This document shows, piece by piece, positions 37,297-49,091 of a stretch of DNA of 64,000 nt. Under the pieces are notes generated by a model that had not been told where the DNA came from, did no database searches, and saw only the letters and a program-made list of their open reading frames with translations. A program made the translations under genes and the position numbers. How positions within the stretch are numbered: the stretch's first letter is position 1; every line of letters begins with the position of its first letter. The stretch is from Basidiobolus meristosporus CBS 931.73 (lineage: Eukaryota > Fungi > Basidiobolomycota): positions 13,700 to 77,699 of the forward strand of contig MCFE01000423.1 in NCBI GenBank assembly GCA_002104905.1, written 5' to 3'.

Positions 37297-37899
37297 TGTT
37301 ATGATCTACTGCTTAAATGCTTAAGTTAGGCCAGCTTTAGTCAAATCAATTAGTGATATGTTTAGCCTATCACTACATCAATGTTATCTACCAAATCAGT
37401 AGCATTAGTCAGCAAATGAACTTGCAGATCCTTATCAGACAGGCATATACATATTAAGTAGGATTTTATTGGATAATGATGATGCAATCAAACAAGTCAT
37501 CAGTTACAATCTACATTAGGAAAAACAATTAGTGAGCAGTTGATCTGCCAAAATGTATATAAGGAGCTGCTGGGACCTCAATAAAAATCAGTTCAAGTTT
37601 CAGTGAGTACAATACTAGCTAAACTCCCAATTCCTCTACAACTTTTGTACCAAGACTTGTAACATATGTAGCAGTAATAACCAGAAACCTTACTCCTAAA
37701 GAAAGTAGAAGCCTCCCTCAAGATGCTCAAAAACCAAGAATGGAAGAATGTTATGCAGCAAATCCTGGCCCAGCGGCAACAGTGACTCAGATCCTTAGCC
37801 AGCAGCAACAAGGAATGACTGCCATGGGGCAAAGCTAGCAAAACCCTGTCAAGAGCAACTTTAGTGTGCAGGTCAACTGGTACCATGGTAGAGTCAATG
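37297..37899 (+). mobile_element. Truncated Gypsy family-X copy (LTR 37297..37664 plus gag start)
   Basis: TGTTATGATC...TGTAACA LTR homologous to 57130..57497, followed by degenerate gag. Confidence 0.85.
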
Positions 37900-39986
37900 T
37901 GTTATGATCTGCTGCTTGAATGTTTAAGTTAGATCAGTTTTTAGTCAAATCAATTAGTATATGCTTAGGTTATCAGTATATCAGTATTATCTATGAAATC
38001 AGTAGCATTAGTCAGCAAATGAACCAGCAGATCCTTATCAGACAGAAATAGATATATTAAGCAGGATCTTATTGGGTGATGATGATGCAATCAAATAAGT
38101 CATCAGCCACAACGTAATTAGGAAATACCATTAGTCAGCAATCAATCTGGCAAAATGTATATAAGGAGCTGCTGGAATCTCAATAAAAATCAGTTCAAGT
38201 TTTAGTGAATACAATACTAGCCAAACTCCCTATTCCTCTACAACTCTTATACCAAGACTTGTAACATTGGTAGCAGCGACAATCAGAATCCTCCCTCCTG
38301 AAGAAAGATGGAACCACCCTCAAGATGTTGGACAATCAAGAATGGAAGAATGCCATGCAGCAAATCCTGGCCCAACAGCAACAGTTACTCCAGATCCTCA
38401 GCTAACAGCAACAAGGAATGACTACCATGGCTCAGAACCAGCAAAGCCCTGTTAAGAACAACTTTGGTGTTAAGATCAACCGGTACCATGGCAGAGTCAA
38501 TGAAAACCTGGGAACTTGGCTCTTTCAGATTGAAGAAGCTTTTAAAGCTAAAGGAATTGCTCCAGAAAGCAAGTTGCATTATGCAGCTTCTTACCTGGCA
38601 GATGCAGCTTTACAGTGGTACCACAACAAGATCAGGTTAGCCTCCATGAGGGGATGCTCTATAATCTCTACCTGAGATGGGTTTGTGTTGGAAAGTCAGG
38701 ATGCTTTTGAGCCTCCACACCAGCAGACACTACCAAGAAGAAAGTTGAAGACACTCAGCCAGAAAGGAATGGTCCACGAGAAAATCCATGAATATAGATG
38801 TCTACTTGGGCAAATTGAAAGAATAGACCCTCTGGATCAAGTTAAATAATTTATAGATGGGTTAAAAGGAAGAACTTGCAAGGAAGTGAATTATTGAAGA
38901 CCTCAAACTATTGTAGAAGCCATCAAGATTGCCATTGACTACAACTCAACTGTGCTGGGAGTTGGAAAGCTCACAATGACTAATCAGAGAGGCTACAATC
39001 ACTCTGTGAGAAGACAATCAGAAGCAGTGCCAATGGAAATAGACACTCTGCAGAAGAGTCCTACCTCAGAAGAGTGTAAGAAGAAAGGACTTTGCTTCAA
39101 TTGCCACCAGCAGAGACATATTGCCAAGTACTGCCCTCTGAGAAGAAATAGACACCAGCCATCAAGAGCATTCAACCATATAGAAGCCCTTGAGCATAGC
39201 AACATGGGGGATGAACTTGAAAAAGACTCAGAACTCACTTTCCATATGACAGAGGAATACCTATCTCAAATGACCTGAAACTCAGGAAAGCTACTATATT
39301 TTGATGGAGAAATCAATGAAGTACCTGCCAAGATCATGATTGACTCAGGAGGATTGCATGAGTGTGTGTCAGAGCAATTTGCTTTAGACGCTGGAATCAG
39401 CTTGGAACCAATCAAATTAACTTCAGTCTCAACAGCTGATGGAAACTCTCACATAATTAACTGTATTACTCAGCTAGAAAAGATTGAGATCAACAACTAT
39501 AAGAAGTTCTACAGGCCTACATATTTGAGAACTGCAAGTTTGACCTTGTACTTGGAAAAACCTGGCTAATTTGTTGTAATCCATCAATCAACTGGAGAGC
39601 TCATTCTCCTCAGATCCGGATGGACAACAAGACCTAAGAGCTATTACCTGCCAGACTGGATTTCAACTTGGTCAACTCCAATGTATATAACAAGTGAACT
39701 TAGTACAACACAGATCTGTAGAGCACTCAGTAAAGGCATGCAGATGTTCCTCATGGCAGTATTACAGGAGAATTCCTCTGCTCAGTACCCCAGAATGCCA
39801 GACTCTATTGGAGGAATATTCAGACATATTTCAAGAAGAACTTTTAAGCTAACCACCAGTTACAGATGTGGATCATTCCATTGACACGGCAGATAGCCCT
39901 CCAGTGAGTAAGACACCTTACAGAAGGAGCCCATTGGAGTTGGAAGAGATGAAGAGACAAATAGATCAGCTATTGGAGCAAGAATA
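37900..39986 (+). mobile_element. Degenerate Gypsy family-X copy (LTR 37900..38266, gag, protease, RT start)
   Basis: LTR, PBS TGGTAGCAGC, and broken ORFs 38418..38675, 38952..39278 and 39336..39569 homologous to the 1377-aa polyprotein. Confidence 0.88.
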
Positions 39987-41738
39987 TGTGAGTACTAAGT
40001 GTAGTACCCACTCTTTGTGCAAGAGCTCTCCCCTGAGTCCTACCCAAAATCCCTTAGTATCCTCCCTATGATCCCCACATGCATCCTCCCTCCTTTTCCT
40101 GCCCTTATTGAGTTAGAATACATACCATAACAGGAAGGTGCTCACACACCTACTTTATAACACATTGTCTATTATCTAAGCCCCACCAAGTGATATACAT
40201 ATATCCAATTGAACCAAGTGAGAGAACAACAAGAAATGGATGGAATAAATGCAAGTCTTTATTACCTTGCTACCTTCTATTGGATGCTATTCTGAGCCAA
40301 GTGGTACTGACCTGACCTACAAGCTCTCCCACTCACCAAGTACAGTCAGTAATAACCCACATATATAGTGCCATATCTGCAGGAATAAGCACAAGAGAGG
40401 TAATGACTACTACAATCAAGCTAAAACATACAAGGGAAAGAGAGAGAAAGCCTTTGAGTGGCTTGGTAAGTATGAGAGTGTTGCAGTTAATGCAGGATGG
40501 GACAACTATAAGAGAGTAAGGCAGTTTGCAAGACATATGGAAGGGTCAGTATGGCAATGGCATTATAGGTTGGAAGACACAGGTAAAGACAACTGCAATG
40601 CACTAGAAGAAGCCTATAAGACATGCTTTCTATATGCCAAAGGATACCACTACAAAGCCCTTCTACCATTGTCATGGAAGAAAAGCAGTGAGAGCTATGA
40701 AGCCTACACCAAACTGTTTCCACAACAAGTTTGATGTCTCCCAAAGGTCAAAATTGCCAAACAAATGCTCTTGAGGTATTAAATCATGGGCTTAGACAAC
40801 AAAGTAAGACATAGGGCATCCACTGAACAACAGTGATGCAAAACATTGCAAGAGTTGGTCAAGCAAGTACAAGGGGTCATCTTGCCATGGGGGCTGCCAT
40901 AAAGTGATAAAAGTGATCAAAGATCAGAAATCCCCTGCAAGAAAGGAATAATAACCTCCCCCAAAGACTGTGAGTTAGAGGAATTACGGCAAAAGGTCCA
41001 AGAATTATTGATCAACAATGTCCAAGAACTTGCAATAGAAGGTGATAAACTCTGGGACGCAGTTGTAGATCTAAAGGCCCATGTGCAAGCCCTGACCCAA
41101 CAGATGGAATGACTGTGACAACAGTATCCATGTTATGTATGTGGAGAAGTAGGCCACTGGGCCCACAAATGTGAAGAATGGTACAGACAAGAACCTGTGC
41201 TGGACACAAAAGAGGAGTAGGCATTACAAGACAGAGTCCCTTGCCAGGAGGCCAACAGTACTCAGTCAGTCTAAGCCCTCTGGCCAGAACAATCAAAGAG
41301 TGGAAGAAAAAGTGTTGACAAGTTGCTTTGTAGGAACAGTGTGTGGGTTATTACTGACTGTACTTGGTGAGTGGGAGAGCTTGTAGGTCAAGTCAGTACC
41401 ACTTGGTTCAGAATAGCTTCCAATAGAAGGTAGCAAGGTAATAAAGACTTCCGTTTATTTCGTCCAAATCTTGTTGTTCTTCCTGGTTCAATTGGGTAGA
41501 TATATATATCACTTGGGGGGGCTTAGACAATAGACAATGTGTATAAAATAGGGGTGTGAACACCTTCCTGTTATGGTAAGTGTTCTAACTAGATAAGGGC
41601 AGGGATAGGAGGGGAGGACGCGTGGGGGAATCATAGGGAGGGTACTGGAGGACTTTGGGTAGGACTCTGGAGGGAACTCTTGGGAGAACTCTTGGGCAAA
41701 GAGTGGGTACTACATTGAGTACTCACATATCCCGGGGG

Positions 41739-42941
41739 TTAAGTGGGAGCTTCATCCTCAAAGTTCTTTGACTAACTCGCTTTTCCAGGATTGATTTTGT
41801 TTACAGAGCATGGGGAGTCACTGTAGTACCGTTGCTGGTTGTCACTCGCAAGGGGATCGTGGGCGAATACCTGATACCATTTGGCGGCAGAGTGGGGTGC
41901 GGCCTGTGTTGCTCAAGGGATGTTTTCCACAGAGCCAAATAGTTGGCAAACCATAGGGTTCTGGGTAAGTTCCTTGGGAGGGTCGGAGAACAAGAAAAGG
42001 TGCAATAGCGCGATAAAGTCTTGCTTCTTTATCTTGCAAATGTTATCAGGGCTTGTCCTTTTTGTGTTCAATATGACGGCGGGGGACCTTTTGAAGAGGG
42101 CATACACTCGGTCGGCAGTCACCCGTTGTCAATAACAAGTTTTTGCTTCTTCCAAGACGTATTGTAGTTCTTCTGTAGAAACTGTGGCGCGATCAAGGCG
42201 CTTCCGTACTTGCCTCATGGTTTCTACAGAATCCGCGGCGGTTTCTTTGGCTTCTTGGAGTTGGACTTTGTACTGATTCCTGAGTTGTCCTATGGTAAAC
42301 CACTGTAATAGTTGTAACACAGCAACTCGGTGGATTGCATGGGTTAACTGGCCGGTGTATTTAATCCCTTCGCGTATCTTCTCTAAGATGGTTCCTTCTT
42401 GGAAATGTGGTTTGAGATGTTCGCAAATTTCTCAGAGGAGTCCTTTGTTTGGGAGTTCTACTTCTGGTGCTCTTGCAGCTTGTACCAGGTCTGCGTATAC
42501 CTCAACAACCATGATACCTATTAATGGCAAGTATGCAACAAAACAGGGGGGCTCTCAAGGTCTCGTGAGGGCGCGACAGTTGATTCCTTGTGTCTTCTGT
42601 CTGACTGTGTCCAGTATGGATACGGGAATCAGCGCGGTGTCCTTCTCCTTAATGATCAAGGAACCTCCTCTTAGGTGGTACACGGTCTTCTTGGGTAGTA
42701 TCTCCATGCTTTGTATTGGCGTGGATAACTTGTCTTGTCCCTCTCTGATTGTGTCTTGTATTAGCGTGACTGCTCCGGCAAACAACTCTTCATAGGTGGC
42801 TCTTGTCGTACGTAATGCTCGTACCATATCTCTTAACACTTGCAGGTTGGTTTTGTTTTCAATATCATCTTGGTTCTGGCTAGTGGGAGGGGTATTGCCA
42901 GTTTTGGGTGAACTGTTTCCTTTGGCGCTTTCCATGTGCAT
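41739..42941 (-). pseudogene. Third ORF (~400 codons, unknown function) between integrase and 3' LTR of the family-A element
   Basis: One reading frame from MHMESAKG to EDEAPT*, interrupted by four TGA and one TAG but no frameshift. Homologous frame in the old copy at ~51070-52272. Confidence 0.7.
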
Positions 42942-43070
42942 TCTTTTGTTCTCCCCTTTGGGCAAACTCCCTTGCGCATATTATTTGTACCTATATAGAC
43001 TAAAATCTCCTCTAAGAAACTTTGAATGTATCCCGTGTCTTCCTCTATCCTTGTCCTGATAATCGTTTAA

Positions 43071-46000
43071 TCACACTTTGGTCTCAGTGATGATCGGTGG
43101 ATCATCATGAAACGGTTTCAGATGGGCTGGCGCTACATTGCTGATTGTTTTATTATTCAGGGTGATGGTGTACTTTGGTCCGTGGTGCAAACTGATAACG
43201 GTGCATGGGCCAATCCATCGGGGTGTAAATCGTGGGCGGAACTTGAGGCCTGCAACGGTTTGGCTGTACCACACCTTATTGCCTGGTTTCCACTTTTGTC
43301 TCGTTAATTTCTCATTTTTGGGTGGAGGGGGAAGGTGCTTGTCAACATTTTCAAATACTTTTATGTATAGGTGGGCAATACAGTGTATCAACCTTTCTAT
43401 ATAGTCGTTATGTGTCGTCAGGGGGACACCTTCCATCGTCAATCCAGCTTCCTCCCGCCACTTGGGTCTTTGTCCACATAGGATTTCATATGGGGAGAAA
43501 CCCGTCGTTTTATTTGGTGTGGTGCGCATTGCTAGGAGTGTCAGTGGGAGCAGCTTGGCCCATGATTGGGGAAGTTCCCAGTGAAGCTTCTCCAGTATGC
43601 AGCAACACGTCTGGTTCTTCCTCTTGGTTAATCCGTTAGTCTGGGGGTGATACGCGGCCGTGAAGACTTGTTTCACGCCCATCATTTTGCACAGGTGGGC
43701 CACGGTGTTGTTCAGGAAGGAACCACCATTGTCGGACAGGAGTATCTGAGGATATCCGTGTCGGCAGATGAGGTGTTCTAGAATGAATTGGGCGGTTGTC
43801 TTCTGATCTTTATTGCGGACGGCTTGGGCTTCTACCCACTTTGAGAAATAATCGGTAGCAATTATTATGTATCGTTCTCCTTTCTTTGTTTTCATAAAGG
43901 GGCCAACAAAGTCAATCCCTACTCAGTGGAAGGGCAGGTCAACCAGTATTGGTGCGGTTGTCCCTATCTTCTGACTCCAGTTGAATCTTTTGCAAGTGGT
44001 GCATCTTCGTAACGTATTCGTAACGTCGGTCATCATTTTTCGCCAATAAAATGTTTTTCTTAACATCTTATATGTCATTAGGGGGTTAGCGTGTCCTAAT
44101 GACATATGTCTTTCTTGTATGATTTCTTCACGGGCTGCTAGTGGGGGTACCTTGGCTCTGGACTCTCCTTAGAGGAACCATAGTCAATTTTCTTGTACTT
44201 TGTACTGACACCATTTCCTTCGAAATTCTCTCTTCTGTTTGTTTGTAATGACGTGTTTGGGATACCTCCCTTTCTTTTTAAAGCAGATTATGTCCTCATA
44301 CTCATCACTGACACGTATTTGGCAAACGGGATAGCGACTGAGGAAGTCTGCGTCCTGGTGTTTCTTGCCAGCGCAGTGAATTATTTCAAAGTCGTATTGC
44401 TGTAGTCGTAGGGCCCAACGTGCTAGTTGGCTGGTAAAGTCTTTAGTTTTCATCAGCCAGACCAGTGCGCTGTGGTCCGTTACTATTGTGAATCGGCAAC
44501 CATGTATGTATGTATGGAATTGTTTAATTGAATAAACAACAGCCAGACATTCTATCTTGGTAACGGGGTAGTGGCGTTTGTGTTTGTTTAGCAAACGGCT
44601 CACGTAACCAATCGGGTGGAATTTGCCAGGTTGGTGGTATTGTCCCAGTACGGCGCCTATACCGGTGAGGCTTCCATCACAGTTAATAAAAAATCTTGCA
44701 TCCCAATTGGGAAATTGTAACACTGGCGGTGACGTCAGGGAATGTTTCAGTTGATCGAATGCTCTCTTTTGAGGCTCCGACCATACAAAACACTGGCCCT
44801 TTCGCGTCAATTTGTATAGGGGGCTGCTATTGTCGCAAAGTTTTTGACAAAGCGGCAATAGTAGCCAGCTAATCCTAGGAATCCCAACACTGCATTAATG
44901 TCCTTTGGTGCAGGTGCATTTTGAACGGCTTTCAGGAGTGACGTAGATGGGTATATTCCATCTGCCAAGATCTTGTGGCCCAGGAACAACAATTTTGTAT
45001 ACGGGAAATGGCACTTCTTGGGATGTAGTTTGAGTTGGTTCTCAAGGAGGGATGTCAGGACACGTTGCACGTCGTGTATATGTTCTTCTACATTGGGGGA
45101 ATATATTGTGATGTTGTCCAGATACACAAGGGCGCATTCCCATTGTAGATTTCCTAGCACCTTGTTGATCATCCTTTGGAACGTAGCGGGGGCATTGCAC
45201 AAGCCAAAGGGTAGTTGGTTCCATTTGTATAATCCAAACGATGTTATAAAAGGGGTTTTGGGTCGATCTTCTGGGGCTACTTCTACTTGCCAATACCCGG
45301 AGATTAAGTCAAGAGAGCTAAAATATTTAGCTCCAATTAATCTGTCCAAGAGGCTGTCTATTTGCGGTAGCGGATACACGTCCTTCCGGGTGACGGCGTT
45401 CAATTTCCGGTAGTTGATGCAAAAGCGTCGCTTTCCGTCTTTCTTTGGGACTATCACTACGGGGGAAGCCCACGGAGACTGGCTTTCTGTAATGATGTCG
45501 TCTTTTAATAAAGTTTCAATTGTCTCTTTGATATAGTCTGCGTCAATTTTTGAATTCCTATAGGCTTTTTGCTTGATGGGGTATTTGTCGGCAAGGTGGA
45601 TTTGGTGATATACCCCAGGTATATGACCAATTACTTGGTTCTTAGAGAATATTCGGGCAAGCGGACGTATTCCTTCTAGGAATTTGTCTCGTAACGTAGG
45701 CGGTAGACCGGGGTCCACATCTAGCTCAGGGAGTTCTTCTTCTGGTTCTTTGTTTGGAGGTGGTCCTTGGTCATTTCCGTCAACTTCCTCTAAGTTTAAC
45801 AATGGCACTCCTCTAGGCAATGTCACCGTGTGTTGCCCGTTGTTAACCACTAAGCATTTCAGGCTTTGCGTTTCAAATTTCGGTGGTATCCATACTTTAG
45901 GGATCAAGATTCCTTCCAGTTGCTTGGATGCTTTTGCTGCGGTTATCATTCTTCCGCTTGTTGAATAAGCTATTGGTGTTTCTAATGAGATCACCGTCTC

Positions 46001-47517
46001 ACTGGCAGGTGGTATTTTTATCACCTTTTGTGTGATGATTGGAGACTGCAACAGTTTCACCTCTTTGATTGTCACACTGTTGCTACTCGCCTCGCTCTCA
46101 TTGGTGATATGAATCAGTGGGATACTGTTGGTATCCCACCTGAGTTCAGATGCACTGTAAAGTATATCCATCTTATGTTGGATAAACCAACTCTCGCCAA
46201 TGAGTAAGTCGTTGGCTGCGACGGGTAGGACCACAACATCTTGGCATATTATCAAGTTGCCTAGCCAAATGGGGCAATTAGGCACCACACCTACCATTGT
46301 ATCCAGTTGGTCATTTGCTAGCCGTACTCAAATGGTGTCGTCGGGGACTATGTTTAGTTTTAGACGTTTCGCTAATGACTCTGACATGATCAACGTAGAG
46401 GATCCTGTGTCAATAAGGGCAAGAATCTCCTTATTCTCTATATGTACCTTTACGTATGTACCTTTATTTGGTTTTTGCAGGACCGTCTGGTTGACATGGA
46501 GGGTTGTTATCTCCTTCAATCCCTCTATCAGTTCCTTGACTAGAGCCGGGGCCAGTCCCAGTAAATTGGTTATTGGGAGGGTTGCCTTGGTTTGCTCTAG
46601 TACCTTCATTATGGGGAATAGGCCATGGGAAGACGTGCTAGCGTTCTTTGTTTGCTTTAACACTTCTTCCCAAGGTTCATTCCGTACTTCTTCACCTAAT
46701 TCCGCGCTCTTTCCTTTTGACGGAACCTCTACAACAGGTTCCTTTGCCTCCTCTCTAGAAGCATCATGTTGATGCTTCTTCTTCCGCACTTCAATTATCC
46801 TGACTGGAGGGCTTAGATTGACTGAGTCCTGTTGGCCTCCTGGCAAGGGACTCTGTCTTTTGACGCCTTCTTCTCTTTTGTGTCCAGTACGGCTTCTCTT
46901 CCGTACCATTTTTCACATTCATGGGCCCGGTGACCTACTTCTCCACACATATAACACGGATACTGTCATTGCGGTCGTTCCATCTGTAAGGTCAGGACTT
47001 GAACCTGGGCCTTTAGATCTACAACAGCTTCCCAGAGTTTATCACCTTCTTTGGGGACTTCTTGGACATTGTTGATTGAGAGTTCTTGGACCTTTCGCCG
47101 TAATTCCTCTAACTCACGGTCTTTTGGGGAGGCGACTTTTCCTTTCTTACGGGGGATCCCTGTCCTTTGATCATTTGTATCACTATAGGGTAGCCCCCAT
47201 AGCAAGATGACCCCTCGTACTTGTTTGACCAACTCTTGCAATGTTTTACATCCCTGTTGTTCTTTGGACGCCCTACGTCCTATTTCGTTGTCTAAGCCCA
47301 TGATGTAATACCTCAGGAGCTGTTGTTTGGCGATTTTGTCCTTTGGGAGACAATGAACTTGTTGGAGAAACAGTTCAGTGTAGGCTTCATAGCTTTCACT
47401 GCTTTTCTTCTGCAAGGGCAGTAGAAGGGCTTTGTAGTGGTATCCTTTGGCATATAGAAAGCGTGTCTTGTAGGCTTCTTCTAGTGCATCCCAGTCATCT
47501 TTGACTGCGTCTTCCAA
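43071..47517 (-). pseudogene. gag-pol of the family-A element, broken by stops and at least one frameshift; RT motif reads YLDN
   Basis: ORF pieces 46966..47517, 46328..46909, 44807..46297, 44184..44858, 43923..44105 and 43071..43895. Confidence 0.9.
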
Positions 47518-48364
47518 CCCATAATGCCATCACCATGCTGACCCTTCCATATGTCTTGCAAACTCTCTTACTTTCTTATTGTCGTCCCATCCTGCATCAA
47601 CCGCAACTCTCTCAAACTTATTGAACCACTCAAGGGCTTTCTCACTCTTTCCCTTGTATGTTTTTAGTTTGATTGTAGTAGTCATTACCTCACTTGTGCT
47701 TATTTCCACAGAGACGGCACCAAATATGTGGGTTATTACTGACTGTACTTGGTGAGTGGGAGAGCTTGTAGGTCAAGTCAGTACCACTTAGTTCAGAATA
47801 GCTTCCAATAGAAGGTAGCAAGGTAATAAAGACTTCCGTTTATTTTGTCCAAATCTTGTTGTTCTTCCTGGTTCAATTGGGTAGATATATATATCACTTG
47901 GGGGGCTTAGACAATAGACAATGTGTTATAAAATAGGGGTGTGAACACCCTCCTGTTATGGTAAGTGTTCTAACTAGATAAGGGCAGGGATAGGAGGGGA
48001 GGATGCGTGGGGGAATCATAGGGAGGGTACTGGAGGACTTCGGGTAGGACTCTGGAGGGAACTCTTGGGAGAACTCTTGGGCAAAGAGTGGGTACTACAT
48101 TGAGTACTCACACAGTGTGACAATCAAAGAGGTGAAACCACCACAGTCTCCAATCATCACACAAAAGGTGACAAATACCACCAGCCAGTGAGATGGCAAT
48201 TGCATTAGAGACACCAATAGCTTATTTGACAAGTGAAAGAATGTTAATTGCAACAAATGTATCCAAGCAACTGGAAGGAATCTCAATCCCTAAAGTATGG
48301 ATACCACCAGAATTTGGAACGCAAAGTCTGAGGTGCTTAGTGGCTAACAATGGGTGACACATGG

Positions 48365-49091
48365 TGTGGTAGTATATATGTTCAAGGAAGAGATACATCC
48401 AACACTTCTCAATTGTTTTGTGTGTGGGGTGTTCACTGGGTGCAATAATCTTTGGCAAAAGCTTGCTAGGAATACTTGGGCTCTGTCTCTAATCTTATGT
48501 GATGGGGAATAAAGCCACAAGCTTGTTAAGGGAAAACTATTGAGCTACAATCCCCAACTTAGTTGGTTTCTTAACAAAAGTATGTCCTGGGTTCAGCGTT
48601 GTGGTGGTGTAGAGGTACTCCTGGGAGAAGCTACACAACTCAAGGTGTGTGAGGTGTCTGATGGGTGCAATAACCTCTGTGTCCAAGCTGCTGGTGTCTT
48701 TGTCAATATGCCACTGGTAAAAGCTCCTGCTTCTCTAGCTTCCTAGGTGCTCCAAGTGTCTCCAAAGGCCTCTGTGTGTCTTGTGCACTACCCTGAAAAG
48801 CTCCTTGATTGCAGGTCTGAGATGTACTGTTGAAGGCAGGTGCAGTGATCAACTGCTAATCAATAAGGTAGAAGTGTTACTGATAGAAGGGATGATTTAT
48901 TGATGAGGGATTGCTTTCCTTTAAATACTTTTCCTGATTGCCAAGTGATTACTAATGACAAGGTTCTAGAAGATTCTAGGTATCAGTGGAATTCTTGATG
49001 ACATTACTGATATACTGATAACCTAAACATATACTAATTGATTTGACTAAAAACTGATCTAACTTAAACATTCAAGCAGCAGATCATAACA
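48365..49091 (-). mobile_element. 727-bp TG...CA insert whose first ~85 bp match the family-X LTR; possible solo LTR of a related family
   Basis: Reverse strand starts TGTTATGATCTGCTGCTTGAATGTTTAAG and ends CTACCACA. It sits where the host copy lacks most of RT. No TSD seen. Confidence 0.45.

Larger units (their letters stand above)
41342..48112 (-). mobile_element. Full-length Ty3/Gypsy family-A element (6771 bp; LTRs 41342..41727 and 47727..48112; CAGTG TSD), inactivated by point mutations
   Basis: Near-identical TG...CA LTRs, 5-bp TSD, PBS TGGTGCCGT (tRNA-His-like). Order gag, protease (LIDTGSS), RT, RNase H, integrase, then an extra ORF. Confidence 0.93.

Noticed and set aside
42292-42795. 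167-aa plus-strand ORF antisense to Gypsy-A ORF3
   Set aside because: It is a shadow of the coding frame and is broken in the older copy.
41739-42941. Calling ORF3 an env gene
   Set aside because: The position fits, but I see no signal peptide, furin site with fusion peptide, or C-terminal membrane anchor.
44973-46772. Long plus-strand ORFs (146 and 190 aa) antisense to Gypsy-A pol
   Set aside because: These are typical antisense shadows with no recognisable motifs.
47710-47726. tRNA-like sequences next to LTRs (also at 57498)
   Set aside because: These are 9-10-nt primer-binding sites only; no tRNA gene fold is present.
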